Shown in pieces: positions 9,691 to 19,595 of a DNA stretch of 64,000 nucleotides. Position 1 is the stretch's first letter. Each line of letters opens with the position of its first letter. The stretch lies in assembly GCA_965207225.1 (NCBI GenBank), contig CBDBLV010000005.1, forward strand, positions 1,152,001-1,216,000, read 5' to 3'. The DNA is from Dehalococcoidia bacterium (GTDB lineage: Bacteria; Chloroflexota; Dehalococcoidia; Plut-88900). The notes below the pieces were generated by a model, which was not told the DNA's origin, searched no databases, and saw only the letters and a program-made list of their open reading frames with translations. Made by a program: the position numbers and the translations under genes.

Positions 9691-10827
9691 TTACTGCTGG
9701 GTGGTGGTCTCCGCCGCGGCCGCATTAGTAGCTGTCTGGTCGTTGGACGCTCCACCCAGGTTAAGGATGGGCAGGACTTCTTCGCCGCCGCCTTCGGAAG
9801 TGAGGAGGAAGTCATTGGTTTCAGCCAAGACCTGCTCCACGGTTTCGAGGTAGAGGCGGTAGCGGGTTACGAGCGGGGCCTGGCGGTACTCGGTGAGGAT
9901 GGCTTCGAACTCGGCGGCCTTACCAAGGGCCTCCGCCACCCGAGCCCTCTGGGAGGCCTCGGCGTTGAGGACGATCTGCTCGGCTTCACCACGGGCCTTC
10001 GGGACAATGTCGTTTCTGTAGGCCTCGGCCTGGTTGATCAGGCGCACTCTGTCCTCACGGGCTGCCACCACATCGTCAAACGCGGCCTGGACCTGGCTGG
10101 GCGGGTCTACGGACTGGATCTGGACACGTACGATTTCCAGACCGGTGCCGTAGAGGGTCATGAGGTCGGTAAGTATGTCCTGGACTTCGGCTTCGATGAG
10201 GCTTCGCTCTTCGGTAAGGACTTCATCAAGGGAGCCTTCGCCAACGACCTGTCTAAGTGCGGTCTCGGCGGCGTCCCTGAGGGTGACCTGGTCGGGTGAG
10301 CCGTTGGGGTCGAACACGTTAAACAGGAAGGCGGATGCGCCTCTGTCCCGACGCGGTACGAGGGCGTCCGATTCGATCTGGGTAGTGCCGACAGAACCGG
10401 GGTTGATCCGGGCCTGGATGGCCATCTTCACGTCGACGAGGTTTTCGTCACCGGTGAGCATGAGGGACTCGACGGGGAAGGGGGTGATGGTGGCGGGGGG
10501 TCCGGGGTCGACCACTCGGAACCCGACTTCCAGCCGCCTGATTTCTTCCACTCTGACTTTGTCTACCCGCTCTATGGGTGCGGGCCAGTGCCAATGCAGT
10601 CCGGGGTTGGTCTGGCCGACTTCCTGGCCGAACCGCCTGACTATTCCCAACTGTCCGGTGTCAACCTGGTAGATGCCGGTGCCGAGCCAGATCACGAGGA
10701 TCAGGCCGATCACCAAGAGCACCATAACGAGGCCCAGGCCCCTGAAGCGCCTGGAAATGTTGCGGGCGGCGGGGCCGAACGCGTCTAGCATCCGGTCGAA
10801 ATCGCCCCCGCCTGGTCTTCGGGCCAT
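9691..10827 (-). CDS. hflK: FtsH modulator HflK
   Basis: PGLHWHWPAPIE, MLTGDENLVDV, PPSQVQAAFDDV, TRYRLYLET. Confidence 0.92.
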   Translation of the reverse strand: MARRPGGGDFDRMLDAFGPAARNISRRFRGLGLVMVLLVIGLILVIWLGTGIYQVDTGQLGIVRRFGQEVGQTNPGLHWHWPAPIERVDKVRVEEIRRLEVGFRVVDPGPPATITPFPVESLMLTGDENLVDVKMAIQARINPGSVGTTQIESDALVPRRDRGASAFLFNVFDPNGSPDQVTLRDAAETALRQVVGEGSLDEVLTEERSLIEAEVQDILTDLMTLYGTGLEIVRVQIQSVDPPSQVQAAFDDVVAAREDRVRLINQAEAYRNDIVPKARGEAEQIVLNAEASQRARVAEALGKAAEFEAILTEYRQAPLVTRYRLYLETVEQVLAETNDFLLTSEGGGEEVLPILNLGGASNDQTATNAAAAETTTQQ

Positions 10828-10894
10828 ATCTTTTCTCCTGGTTCCTTGAGGCTTTCGGGCTAGATGGGTTTGTTTCTAAGAGAAGGCTGGAAGA

Positions 10895-11248
10895 TCAGGA
10901 CCCGTTTCTGGCCGGGTCATGGTCACCGTCGTCATCATTGAGGATGCGATATTCGCCTTCGGTGACCTTATCGCCTTCCTTGAGGCTGGACCCCCAGATG
11001 GCTTCGCGGTGCTCTCGTACGATTGCGGGCGGCGAGAGGCGGACGAAGATCAGGGAGGCGATGGCGATGATGATAAAGTCTTCGAGGCGGCCTACGACAG
11101 GGATGAAGTCCTTAAGAAGGTCGAAGGGAAGGGCCAGGTAACCCAGGGACATGGGTATGGCCAGCTTGAGCATCAGGGGGACGCGCTGGTCCCAGAAGAG
11201 GCGCCAGACCAGCCTGAAATTCTTGACTATATCCAGAATTCTGCGCAT
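10895..11248 (-). CDS. DUF1232 (YkvA) membrane protein
   Basis: DQRVP..LK, YLALPFDLLKDFIPVVGRLEDF. Confidence 0.8.
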   Translation of the reverse strand: MRRILDIVKNFRLVWRLFWDQRVPLMLKLAIPMSLGYLALPFDLLKDFIPVVGRLEDFIIIAIASLIFVRLSPPAIVREHREAIWGSSLKEGDKVTEGEYRILNDDDGDHDPARNGS

Positions 11249-11360
11249 CGGCTCGAAAGTGAATTATTGCACGGAGCGTTTCATATGACAAGGCAAGCCG
11301 CGTCCGACCACGGCATAGGATTTAACAAATCTGCGTCCAAGAAGTTACCCCCGGCTCCCC

Positions 11361-12098
11361 TCACCCGCCCAGGTGCTTTCTGAAGAACTTTCGGGTCCGG
11401 TCCCAGGCGTCTCGGGCGTCTGATTCGCTGTAGATGTCGGGCTGGGTGTCGTTGAAGAAGGCGTGATGGGCGTTGGCATAGGACTTGACCTCGCCCTCCT
11501 TTCCCGCCGCTTTCATGGCTTCCCGGAGCCTGTTTGCGTGCTCGACGGTAATCCACTCATCGAGGCCGGCGTGGACGAAGAACAGGGGACACGACATTTG
11601 AGGGACCATTTCAATGGGGTTGACTGGACTGTTCTCACTGGGTTCGTCGTTGACTATCTGGCCGTAGAAGGCCGCGGCCGCGCCGATGCCAGTGTCACCG
11701 CAGGCCATGAGCAAGGCATAGCTCCCGCCGAGACAGAAGCCGACGGCGCCTATCCTGTCGGGGTGGGCGTTTTCGAAGGACTTCAGGTAGTCGACGCCGC
11801 CTTTCAGGTAGCGCATGGCGGTATCGTAGCGAAGGTCTTCGGCGAGTTTGGCGGCTTCGTCGGCGTCCTTAGTGACGACGTGGCCTGCGTAGGTGTAGAG
11901 GTCGGGGGCGAGGGCTGCGTAGCCCTCACGGGCGACTCTATCCGTGACGTCCTTGATGTGGGCGTCGACGCCCCACCACTCCTGGATGACGATCATGCCG
12001 GGGTGGGGTCCCGGGGAGGAGGGTCGGGCGAGGTAGGCGGTGACTTCCTCACCCTGGGACTGGTATGACACTGTGGAAGTGGTGATATCCTGGGCCAT
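11361..12098 (-). CDS. Dienelactone hydrolase family protein
   Basis: IQEWWG, APDLY, GFCLGG nucleophile, HAFFND; ATG 12098 preferred over the ORF-track start. Confidence 0.9.
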   Translation of the reverse strand: MAQDITTSTVSYQSQGEEVTAYLARPSSPGPHPGMIVIQEWWGVDAHIKDVTDRVAREGYAALAPDLYTYAGHVVTKDADEAAKLAEDLRYDTAMRYLKGGVDYLKSFENAHPDRIGAVGFCLGGSYALLMACGDTGIGAAAAFYGQIVNDEPSENSPVNPIEMVPQMSCPLFFVHAGLDEWITVEHANRLREAMKAAGKEGEVKSYANAHHAFFNDTQPDIYSESDARDAWDRTRKFFRKHLGG

Positions 12099-12217
12099 TG
12101 CCGTTGCGCCTGGCGGCAAGTATCCTAGACCACTGTTGCGGCTACGCATATTACGCCAAGGCGACCTTTTGTCAAGCCTGCCAAGATGCGGGCCAGAGTC
12201 GCCGGTTTGGGAAGCAG

Positions 12218-12595
12218 ATGATCGAGCTAAAGGGGCTGGACCATTTCGGGATAGAGGTTAGCGACATGGAGCGCAGCCTCGCCTTTTACACAAGCACGCT
12301 GGGGATGGAGTTCCAGGCACGGTTCGGGACGATGTCACTGATGAGATGTGGGGACAATGAGCTGGCGCTGTTCGAGCGGGCCGACCTCCCACCGAAATCG
12401 ATGGAGTTGACGGAGCCTCGGGGCAGGGGGCATTGGGCGTTCCGGGTTGGGGAGAATGATTTCGCTCGGGCGCAGGAGCGGTTTCCGGCAGAGGGGATCC
12501 CTGTGCACGGGCCGGTGGACTGGGGAGACCACGGGTGCTATTACTTCCTGGACCCCGACGGCAACCTACTAGAGCTGATCTGCTACCCCGAGTAG
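12218..12595 (+). CDS. VOC/glyoxalase family protein
   Basis: LDHFGIEVSDMERSLAFY, HWAF, YFLDPDGNLLEL. Confidence 0.88.
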   Translation: MIELKGLDHFGIEVSDMERSLAFYTSTLGMEFQARFGTMSLMRCGDNELALFERADLPPKSMELTEPRGRGHWAFRVGENDFARAQERFPAEGIPVHGPVDWGDHGCYYFLDPDGNLLELICYPE

Positions 12596-12611
12596 CGACC
12601 CATTTACCCTT

Positions 12612-14102
12612 ATGGCATCTGAGTCTTTTGATTGGCGTCGGGCGCACGGAGACAAAGTGGTGGAGGCGGAGGAGGCTGCCCGGTTCGTGAAGTCGAGGGA
12701 CGTAGTGCTGATTACGCGGCACCCCCCGCCCCGACACCTGCTGAACGCCCTGGCCGCACGCAGAGATGAGCTTTCGGAGGTTGTGATACGGGGGGTCTCA
12801 CCCGCCTTTGATCCGGGATGGTTCCAGGAGGGGTGGCAGGACTCTTTCCTCCCCATCCCGGAGACATTCCTGGGCCCCGTGGCCCGACCGGCCCTGGACG
12901 AGCGGCGCATAGACTACCTGCCGGCGCCCTTTTCGCTGCTGATCAAGCCGCAGCGTGAGCGGCCGGAGGAGAGTCGAAGGGTGGACGTATTGCTGACGGT
13001 GGTGTCGGCGCCGGACAGGAATGGGTTTTGCAGCTTCGGGTCGGACCTGTGGGGGAAACGGCAGTCGGCGAAATATGCCCGGAAGGTGATTGCGCAGGTC
13101 AACGAGAGCAGCATCCGCACGTTCGGGCAGAACTATATCCACGTGTCGGAGATCGACCACCTTGTCGACTACACGCCGCCCGTTCTATCCACCGAAGAGA
13201 CCGAGGCCATTATCAACCAGGGCGTGGACGACGAGGCCAAGTCGGAACTGAGGAACATTGCCAGTGCGCTGCCGAGGGAGAGGCTGGCGGAGGTGCTGCC
13301 CATGCTGGTGGTGCGTCGGGCGGGCCAGATAAGGGAGTTTGGTCGGGCGAGGGGGCTCGATAGGCCGGCGGAGGACGTGCGGCGCATCGGGGAGTATTTG
13401 TCAGAGATCATACGGGACGGGGACACGATACAGATAGGGATCGGGACACCCAGCGCGTACATGCCGCAGCTGGGGGTGTTCGATGAGAAGAAGGACCTCG
13501 GGTGGCATTCGGAGATGGGGGCGCCGGGGGTGATAGACCTGATCAGGAAGGGCGTAATCACGGGGAACCGGAAGACGATGAACCGGGGCAAGGCGGTGTT
13601 CACGGGCATGGACGGTTGCAAGGCCGACGAAATAGCCTGGGCCGAAGATAACCCCCTGATTGAGCTCCACGACTCGATAGAAGTGCTGAAGATGACCAAC
13701 ATCGCGGCCCACGACAACATGACGTCCATCAATAACGCCCTCTCAATAGACCTGACGGGGCAGATAAACTCGGAGACGGTGTTCGGGGCGCGGCTGTACA
13801 ACGGGACGGGGGGTCAGCCGGAGTTTCACATGGGGTCGGTGATGGCAAGGGGGGGTCGGGCGATCACGCTGTTGCGGTCGACGGCGGTGGGTGGGGCGGT
13901 GTCACGGATAGTGGCGCACCACGAGGAGGGGGCGGTGATTACGATACCGCGGACCTTTGCGGATATCGTGATTACGGAGTATGGGGTGGCGCGGCTATTG
14001 GGGAAGTCGATAAGGGAGAGGGCTCGGGAGCTGGTGGCTATTGCGCATCCGGATTTTCGGGGGGAGCTGGGGGAGGCGGCGAGGAGGATGTTCTGGCCGT
14101 AG
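12612..14102 (+). CDS. Acetyl-CoA hydrolase/transferase (4-hydroxybutyrate CoA-transferase-like)
   Basis: DGDTIQIGIG, HSEM, SINNALSIDLTGQ, GTGGQPEF, VITEYGVARLLGKS, IAHPDFR. Confidence 0.88.
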   Translation: MASESFDWRRAHGDKVVEAEEAARFVKSRDVVLITRHPPPRHLLNALAARRDELSEVVIRGVSPAFDPGWFQEGWQDSFLPIPETFLGPVARPALDERRIDYLPAPFSLLIKPQRERPEESRRVDVLLTVVSAPDRNGFCSFGSDLWGKRQSAKYARKVIAQVNESSIRTFGQNYIHVSEIDHLVDYTPPVLSTEETEAIINQGVDDEAKSELRNIASALPRERLAEVLPMLVVRRAGQIREFGRARGLDRPAEDVRRIGEYLSEIIRDGDTIQIGIGTPSAYMPQLGVFDEKKDLGWHSEMGAPGVIDLIRKGVITGNRKTMNRGKAVFTGMDGCKADEIAWAEDNPLIELHDSIEVLKMTNIAAHDNMTSINNALSIDLTGQINSETVFGARLYNGTGGQPEFHMGSVMARGGRAITLLRSTAVGGAVSRIVAHHEEGAVITIPRTFADIVITEYGVARLLGKSIRERARELVAIAHPDFRGELGEAARRMFWP

Positions 14103-14238
14103 GGTCACGGTTGTCGCCCACACCCGATCGCGAATCCTTAGGTTGGGCCGCTTGCTCTGGGTGTCTCAAGGGGCTGAGGGTGGGGAGATGGCACTCGTGC
14201 AAGCCAGCACTTCCCGCAGCCTAAACTGACGGGGTTTT

Positions 14239-14448
14239 TCAAGCGTTGTCAAAATCCCGTCGGTCTATACCTAAATCCCTTCGAATTCCGTGGACGGTGC
14301 CTGTAGCCAGGTCTCGATTGCCGTGCCTTGGAATCGTCGTTTCCCGGTTATTGTCCAGATTGATCCAGATTTCGTGGGAACCCCCCGCCTGTCGGTCGAA
14401 GGCGCAGCCAAGCCTTTTGAGTTTCCTAACCAGTTCTCTGTAGGTCAT
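14239..14448 (-). CDS. hicA: HicA family toxin
   Basis: ELVRKLKRLGC..RQAGGSHEIW...TTIPRH..DLATGT. Confidence 0.88.
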   Translation of the reverse strand: MTYRELVRKLKRLGCAFDRQAGGSHEIWINLDNNRETTIPRHGNRDLATGTVHGIRRDLGIDRRDFDNA

Positions 14449-14717
14449 ACCGCAACAGAGATACTGCCCTCTCCTGTAGGGGAGCGGACTATCCCTGCCG
14501 GCAGCGTCTTTCCCCTGTCCTTGTAAGAGAGGATGAACTGCTCAGCCACCGTATAGAGCTCTGCCAGCGCCTCGTTTGCTTTTTCTCCCCACGCCCGACA
14601 GCCTGGCAGTTCCGGTACCTCCGCCATATACATCCACCCCTGGTCTTCGCAGGGTTCGTGCAACACGTAGTCCAGTTGGTATAGCTCCATACCATTCTCC
14701 TTAAGGCCTCGCTCCAC
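14445..14717 (-). CDS. hicB: HicB family antitoxin (short form)
   Basis: YMAEVPELPGCRAWGE...EA; overlaps hicA by 4 nt. Confidence 0.85.
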   Translation of the reverse strand: MERGLKENGMELYQLDYVLHEPCEDQGWMYMAEVPELPGCRAWGEKANEALAELYTVAEQFILSYKDRGKTLPAGIVRSPTGEGSISVAV

Positions 14718-14879
14718 CTCAATCTCCGCTGATCAGCTGCCCGTCAAGCCTACCCGAAGGCTTATTCCCATCCGAGTATAAGACCCGCCGGCACGTCAGT
14801 TCAAACAAACCGTTACCCCCTAGCCACTCGGCCCCTGTCGTACTAAAATCTAGCGGCTTTTGGCCGACACGCACGCGCC

Positions 14880-15863
14880 ATGGAACAGCACGCCATACAT
14901 ACGGAGGGGATAGTCCGCGACTACGGCGGCGTTCGCGCTGTCGATGGGATCAACCTGTCCGTATCTGAAGGGGAGATTTACGCGTTCCTGGGGCCGAACG
15001 GGGCGGGGAAGACGACGCTGGTGAGGATGCTGACGACGCTGTTGATGCCTACGGAGGGTCGGGCGACGGTAGCGGGGCACGACATAGTCTCGGAGGCGAG
15101 GGAGGTGCGGCTGCTGATAGGGGCGGCATTGCAGGACGCATCCCTGGACAACAAGCAGACGGGCCGGGAGCTTATCAAGCTACAGGGTCGGCTGTACGGG
15201 CTGTCGGGGAAGCAGGTCGACATGCGGATCAAAGCGTTGGAGCCGTTGATGGACATAGGCGATGCAATCGACCGGCTTATCGGGGGCTACTCGGGGGGGA
15301 TGAAGCGGAGATTGGACCTGGCGACGGCACTGGTACACAACCCAAAGGTGTTATTCCTGGACGAGCCGACTACGGGCCTGGACCCCGTGGGTCGGGCGCG
15401 GGTGTGGGAGGAAGTGAAGAGCATCAACAAGGACCTGGGGGTGACTATCTTCCTGACCACGCACTACCTTGAGGAAGCCGACAGCCTGGCGCAGAGGGTC
15501 GGGATCATCAACCTGGGCAAGCTGGTGGCGGAAGGGACGCCGGCGGAACTGAAGCGGACCATCGGGACAGACATTATTGTGGCGACGATAGAGGGGGACT
15601 CGGCGATTGCGGCCCGGGCTCTGAGGATGGTGGCCCAAGTAGAGCAAGTGGATATTTACGACGACGTTCTAAGTATCGGGGTGACGAACGGGGTGGAGGC
15701 GATGAGCGACGTGGCACTGGCATTGAGCAGGACCGGGGCCCGGGTGAAGGAGCTGACGCTGCGTACTCCTACCCTGGACGACGTGTTTTTACAGGCTACT
15801 GGCAATCGCCTGGACGCCGATTCCTTTAGCTCCCTCTCCATTGACGGGAGGGCGTCAGGATGA
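14880..15863 (+). CDS. DrrA-type ABC-2 exporter ATP-binding protein
   Basis: GPNGAGKTT, YSGGMKRRLDLA, LFLDEPTTGLDP, PTLDDVF. Confidence 0.92.
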   Translation: MEQHAIHTEGIVRDYGGVRAVDGINLSVSEGEIYAFLGPNGAGKTTLVRMLTTLLMPTEGRATVAGHDIVSEAREVRLLIGAALQDASLDNKQTGRELIKLQGRLYGLSGKQVDMRIKALEPLMDIGDAIDRLIGGYSGGMKRRLDLATALVHNPKVLFLDEPTTGLDPVGRARVWEEVKSINKDLGVTIFLTTHYLEEADSLAQRVGIINLGKLVAEGTPAELKRTIGTDIIVATIEGDSAIAARALRMVAQVEQVDIYDDVLSIGVTNGVEAMSDVALALSRTGARVKELTLRTPTLDDVFLQATGNRLDADSFSSLSIDGRASG

Positions 15864-15879
15864 AGGTGAAGCAGAGCTA

Positions 15880-16683
15880 ATGGCCACACTAGCTGATCCG
15901 AGCACTCAGATACAGGCGCGAAAGGCGGGTTTTGTCAACGAGGTTGCCGCCGTGGCGCGTCGGGCGCTGCGTTCCACGAAGCGGGACACGGAGAGCGTTA
16001 TCCCGGCGCTTATCATTCCGGTGTTCTTCTTCATTGTTAACGTCGGGGCGCTGCAGGATTTGGCGGAGACGCTGCCGGGCCTAGACTACAAGGCGTTCCA
16101 GCTTCCGGTGGCGATCATATTCGCTGTGACGGGGATTTCCCGGGCCGTGACCCTGGTGCTGGACATACAGTCTGGGTACTTTGACCGGCTGTCTCTCACG
16201 CCGGTGAACCGGCTGGCTTTGCTGTTCGGGTTGATGGTGGCGGACTTTGTGCTAGTAGTGGCGCTTACGCTGCCCGTGGTTGCGCTGGGGTTCATAGTCG
16301 GTGTGAGATTTGAAAGCGGGCCGGTGGGGGTAATCGTCTTCATACTGATCTCGGGGGTCTGGGGTCTGGTGTACACGGGGTTCCCATACGCAATCGCATT
16401 CAAGACAGGGAACCCTGCTGCGGTAAACACATCGTTCCTGCTTTTCTTCCCCTTCGCCTTTCTCACGACGGCGTTTCTGCCGAAGGACGCCATGACGGGA
16501 TGGCTGTCCGCCGTTGCCACCTATAATCCCGTGACGTATCTGCTGGAGGGGCTAAGGTCATTGCTGCTGGTCGGGTGGGACGTGGAGGCGCTCTTAAAGG
16601 GGCTAGCGGCGGTGCTGGGGGTGGGGGTGGTGAGCATGACACTGGCGCTACTGGCGCTACGAGGGCGGACACTGCGGCGGTGA
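15880..16683 (+). CDS. ABC-2 type exporter permease
   Basis: About 6 TM segments, DIQSGYFDRL, NPVTY. Confidence 0.88.
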   Translation: MATLADPSTQIQARKAGFVNEVAAVARRALRSTKRDTESVIPALIIPVFFFIVNVGALQDLAETLPGLDYKAFQLPVAIIFAVTGISRAVTLVLDIQSGYFDRLSLTPVNRLALLFGLMVADFVLVVALTLPVVALGFIVGVRFESGPVGVIVFILISGVWGLVYTGFPYAIAFKTGNPAAVNTSFLLFFPFAFLTTAFLPKDAMTGWLSAVATYNPVTYLLEGLRSLLLVGWDVEALLKGLAAVLGVGVVSMTLALLALRGRTLRR

Positions 16684-16752
16684 AAATTGCCGTTTCCTTA
16701 TCAGCCCGGTATCACGTAATATAGCCCGAGCCCTCTCCAAGGAGCCGCAGAT

Positions 16753-17559
16753 TTGAACAAGCTCGACTATTCGGCGGTCGACCTACCGATTATCCGCCAC
16801 TACATGTTCTATCCTCGACCCGATTCCTCTCCCCCGTCCAATGGGGCAGTCGACCACTTTTACTCAGCGCATGACGGGGTCGAGCTGTGCGGTCGATTTT
16901 ATCCGGAGGACAAGGGAAGCCCCACCATACTGTTCTTTCATGGGAACGGAGAGGTAGCGCCGGAGTATGACGGCATCTCGTCGCTGTACAACCATATCGG
17001 GTTGAACCTGTTTGTGGCCGATTACCGGGGCTACGGGAAAAGCCACGGGGAGCCGTCAATATGCGCATTGGCGGAAGACAGCTACACAACGCTGACCACG
17101 TTGGAAAAGATGCTCAGGGAGCAGGGATACAACTCCTCCATTTACGTCATGGGGAGGTCGCTCGGGGCGTATTGCGCGGTGGAGATTGCGGCGGGGGCGC
17201 GGGAAAGCATCAAGGGAATCATCCTTGAAAGCGGCTCGGCGAATGTCGGGGGGATGCCTACGAGACTTGGCATCGCGAATAGACCTGACATCGCCAAGCT
17301 CATTCAGGAGCACTGGGACCGGGTCAAGGGAATCGAAACCCCCCTGCTTACGATCCACGGGGACCGGGACGACCTGGTGCCCATCTCCCATGCCGAGGAG
17401 CTCTACGATGCCATGGCCTCAAAAGACAAGACGTTCTTCACGATTCCCGGCGCGGGCCACAACGACATCATGTACGTGGACACGGACGGATACTTCCAGG
17501 CAATCCGGGACTTCGTGAGGCGGATAGAGGGCGTCAACTCTTCTTCCCTTCACGCATAG
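16753..17559 (+). CDS. Alpha/beta hydrolase
   Basis: FFHGNGE, DYRGYG, GRSLG, IHGDRDDLVP, GAGHND. Confidence 0.9.
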   Translation: MNKLDYSAVDLPIIRHYMFYPRPDSSPPSNGAVDHFYSAHDGVELCGRFYPEDKGSPTILFFHGNGEVAPEYDGISSLYNHIGLNLFVADYRGYGKSHGEPSICALAEDSYTTLTTLEKMLREQGYNSSIYVMGRSLGAYCAVEIAAGARESIKGIILESGSANVGGMPTRLGIANRPDIAKLIQEHWDRVKGIETPLLTIHGDRDDLVPISHAEELYDAMASKDKTFFTIPGAGHNDIMYVDTDGYFQAIRDFVRRIEGVNSSSLHA

Positions 17560-17998
17560 TAACCAGCTCTTTGATGATCCTGTTCACGTGCCGGCCTATC
17601 CCCACAACGATATATTCGTTGGCTGAGCGGATAACGCCCTCTTCATCGATCAGGTAGGTCGTCCTGAAACCTCCCAGGACCCGCATGGACTGGTAAGCAT
17701 TCCTTATCTTTCTGTCGGGATCCGAAAGGAGTATGGCCTCAAGGCCGAGGTCTTCCCGGAATCGGGCGTTGACCTCGGGCTTGTCGGGGCTGACACCAGC
17801 GACGAGGGCGTTGTGCTGTTTGAAGGCTTCTACTGCATCACGGAAGCCCTTAGCCTGGATGCGTCAGAGGAGGCCGTAGGCGCCGTTGTAGAAGTAGAGG
17901 ACCACCGGCTGACTGCCGAGGTTATCGCTGAGTCTGAACTTCTCTCCGTCGTGGCGCACGGCCTCGAAGTCCGGGGCCTTTGTTCCTACCTTTAACAT
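17534..17998 (-). CDS. Peroxiredoxin (BCP/PrxQ-like), probable selenoprotein, divergent copy
   Basis: Absent from the ORF track. Manual translation [11 protein letters not shown]...[13 protein letters not shown]-[TGA 17864-17866]-RIQAKGFRD...GVSPD...LLSDPD...[13 protein letters not shown], 154 aa; GGAGG RBS. Confidence 0.82.
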
Positions 17999-18060
17999 TC
18001 CAACCTCCCGTCTAACTCGTGTTCGTCAATCTTGCACAGTCGCTTGTGTACATCTGGCGA

Positions 18061-18564
18061 CTAGACTCCCGGGGCTCGGGCGAGGCCATCCCTAGCCTCC
18101 AATAATCCACTTTTATCCAGGGCCTTCAGCCCTTCCATGACATCGTCAACATGCTTCCCGATCCGGAATTCGTGGTGGAAGACGCCCCTGACAACGCCGT
18201 CTCTGTCGATGAGATAGGTCACGCGGGACACCCCGAGTCCGAATCTACGGACGACGCCGTAGAGGCGGACGATTTTCTTGTCGGGGTCGGGGAGAAGGGT
18301 GAAGGGGAGGGAAAAGCAGGCGCGGAACCGCTGGTGACTTTCGGGGCGGTCGGGGCTAATGCCGACCAGGTCTGCTCCGTATCCCTTGATGGCTTCGTAT
18401 GCGTCACGGAAGCCCTGCGCCTGGCGGTTTCAGCCAGCGGTGAAGTTCTTGGGGTAGAAATAGAGTACGGCGGGCCTGCCGGCCCTCCATTCGGAGAACC
18501 GGAACTCCCTGCCGTCGTGGCGGAGGGCGTTGAAATCGGGGGCCAATGCCCCGGGCTTGAGCAT
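18061..18564 (-). CDS. bcp: Peroxiredoxin (BCP/PrxQ), probable selenoprotein
   Basis: Absent from the ORF track. MLKPGALAPDF...VLYFYPKNFTAG-[TGA 18430-18432]-NRQAQGFRD...GISPD...RVTYLIDRDGVVR, 167 aa; TGA sits at the C of PxxxTxxC. Confidence 0.88.
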
Positions 18565-18739
18565 TCAGTTTTCCGCTTTTGAGAGATATCTGCAATTCTA
18601 CACCACGCCCACGCGGGTCACGGGGGGGTATTGTCCCTCAGGCGCCGGGCTGGCGGGAAGGGGCCTGACTCGGGGGTGGGGTTTGGGGTAGACTCTCCTC
18701 ACGCCCCGATAGGATGAAAACAACGCTGGAGGTGAAGAT

Positions 18740-19573
18740 ATGTTCGTAAGAAGGCTGGAGGACCTGGCCGGTACAGACAAGGAGATGGTCAGGACTGATG
18801 GGAACAGGAGACTGCAATCGAGGCGGTTGGTGACAAAGGCGGACGGCGCAGGATTTTCCATGTCGGACGTCAGGATATCGGAGGGCTGGGTGATCGACCT
18901 TTGGTACAAAAACCACGTTGAGGGGAACCTGGTGGTGAGCGGCGACCTGCACGTGGAGAACCTGGTTAACGGCGACAGCTGGGACCTGGGCGCGGGCGAC
19001 CTGTATGTGGTCGGGCCGAAGGACCGGCACCGGCTGACGGCCAACAGCGACGTCCACTTAGTCAGCGTCTTCAATCCCGCCACGCTGGGTACCGAGACCC
19101 ACGACGCTGATGGTTCCTATCCGCCCACCGGAGAACTCCCCCCCGAGTGGCAGGGAGAGGATGGCCGGACAATGTTCGTGAAGCGGCTGGCGGACACCAA
19201 GGTGGTTGGGATCAGCCACGGGAAGTCGACGGCATACCGGTATCTCAACCAGCCGGAGGGGTGGGGTTTCACCATGTCGACGCCGCGTTCGCCGGCGGGC
19301 AAGGGGATAGTGCTGTGGTACAAGAACCACGTGGAGGCGAACTACATCCTGGAGGGCGAGGGCACGGTGGAAGACCTAACGACGGGGGAGAAGTGGGACC
19401 TGGCCCCGGGCACGATGTATTTTGTCGGGCCGAAGGACAGGCACCAGACGGTTAAGTTCAGCGACACATACCTCCTGAGCGTGTTCAACCCACCCCTGGT
19501 GGGGCATGAGACCCACGACGAAGAGGGGACGTACACGCCGTCGGGGCCAATCCCCGAGGCCTGGAGGCCGTAG
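18740..19573 (+). CDS. Double-domain ectoine synthase (EctC)-like cupin, copy 1
   Basis: Two repeats of MFV.RL...WYKNHVE...LY.VGPKDRH...SVFNP...ETHD..G.Y. Confidence 0.85.
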   Translation: MFVRRLEDLAGTDKEMVRTDGNRRLQSRRLVTKADGAGFSMSDVRISEGWVIDLWYKNHVEGNLVVSGDLHVENLVNGDSWDLGAGDLYVVGPKDRHRLTANSDVHLVSVFNPATLGTETHDADGSYPPTGELPPEWQGEDGRTMFVKRLADTKVVGISHGKSTAYRYLNQPEGWGFTMSTPRSPAGKGIVLWYKNHVEANYILEGEGTVEDLTTGEKWDLAPGTMYFVGPKDRHQTVKFSDTYLLSVFNPPLVGHETHDEEGTYTPSGPIPEAWRP

Positions 19574-19595
19574 AGACCAACCCGGAGGAGGACCC

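Noticed and set aside
17534-18564. Calling the peroxiredoxins pseudogenes
   Set aside because: The only interruption in each is a TGA at the catalytic Cys codon; frames are otherwise intact
17813-18582. ORF-track plus-strand ORFs (60 aa and 143 aa)
   Set aside because: Antisense shadows of the two TGA-containing peroxiredoxin genes
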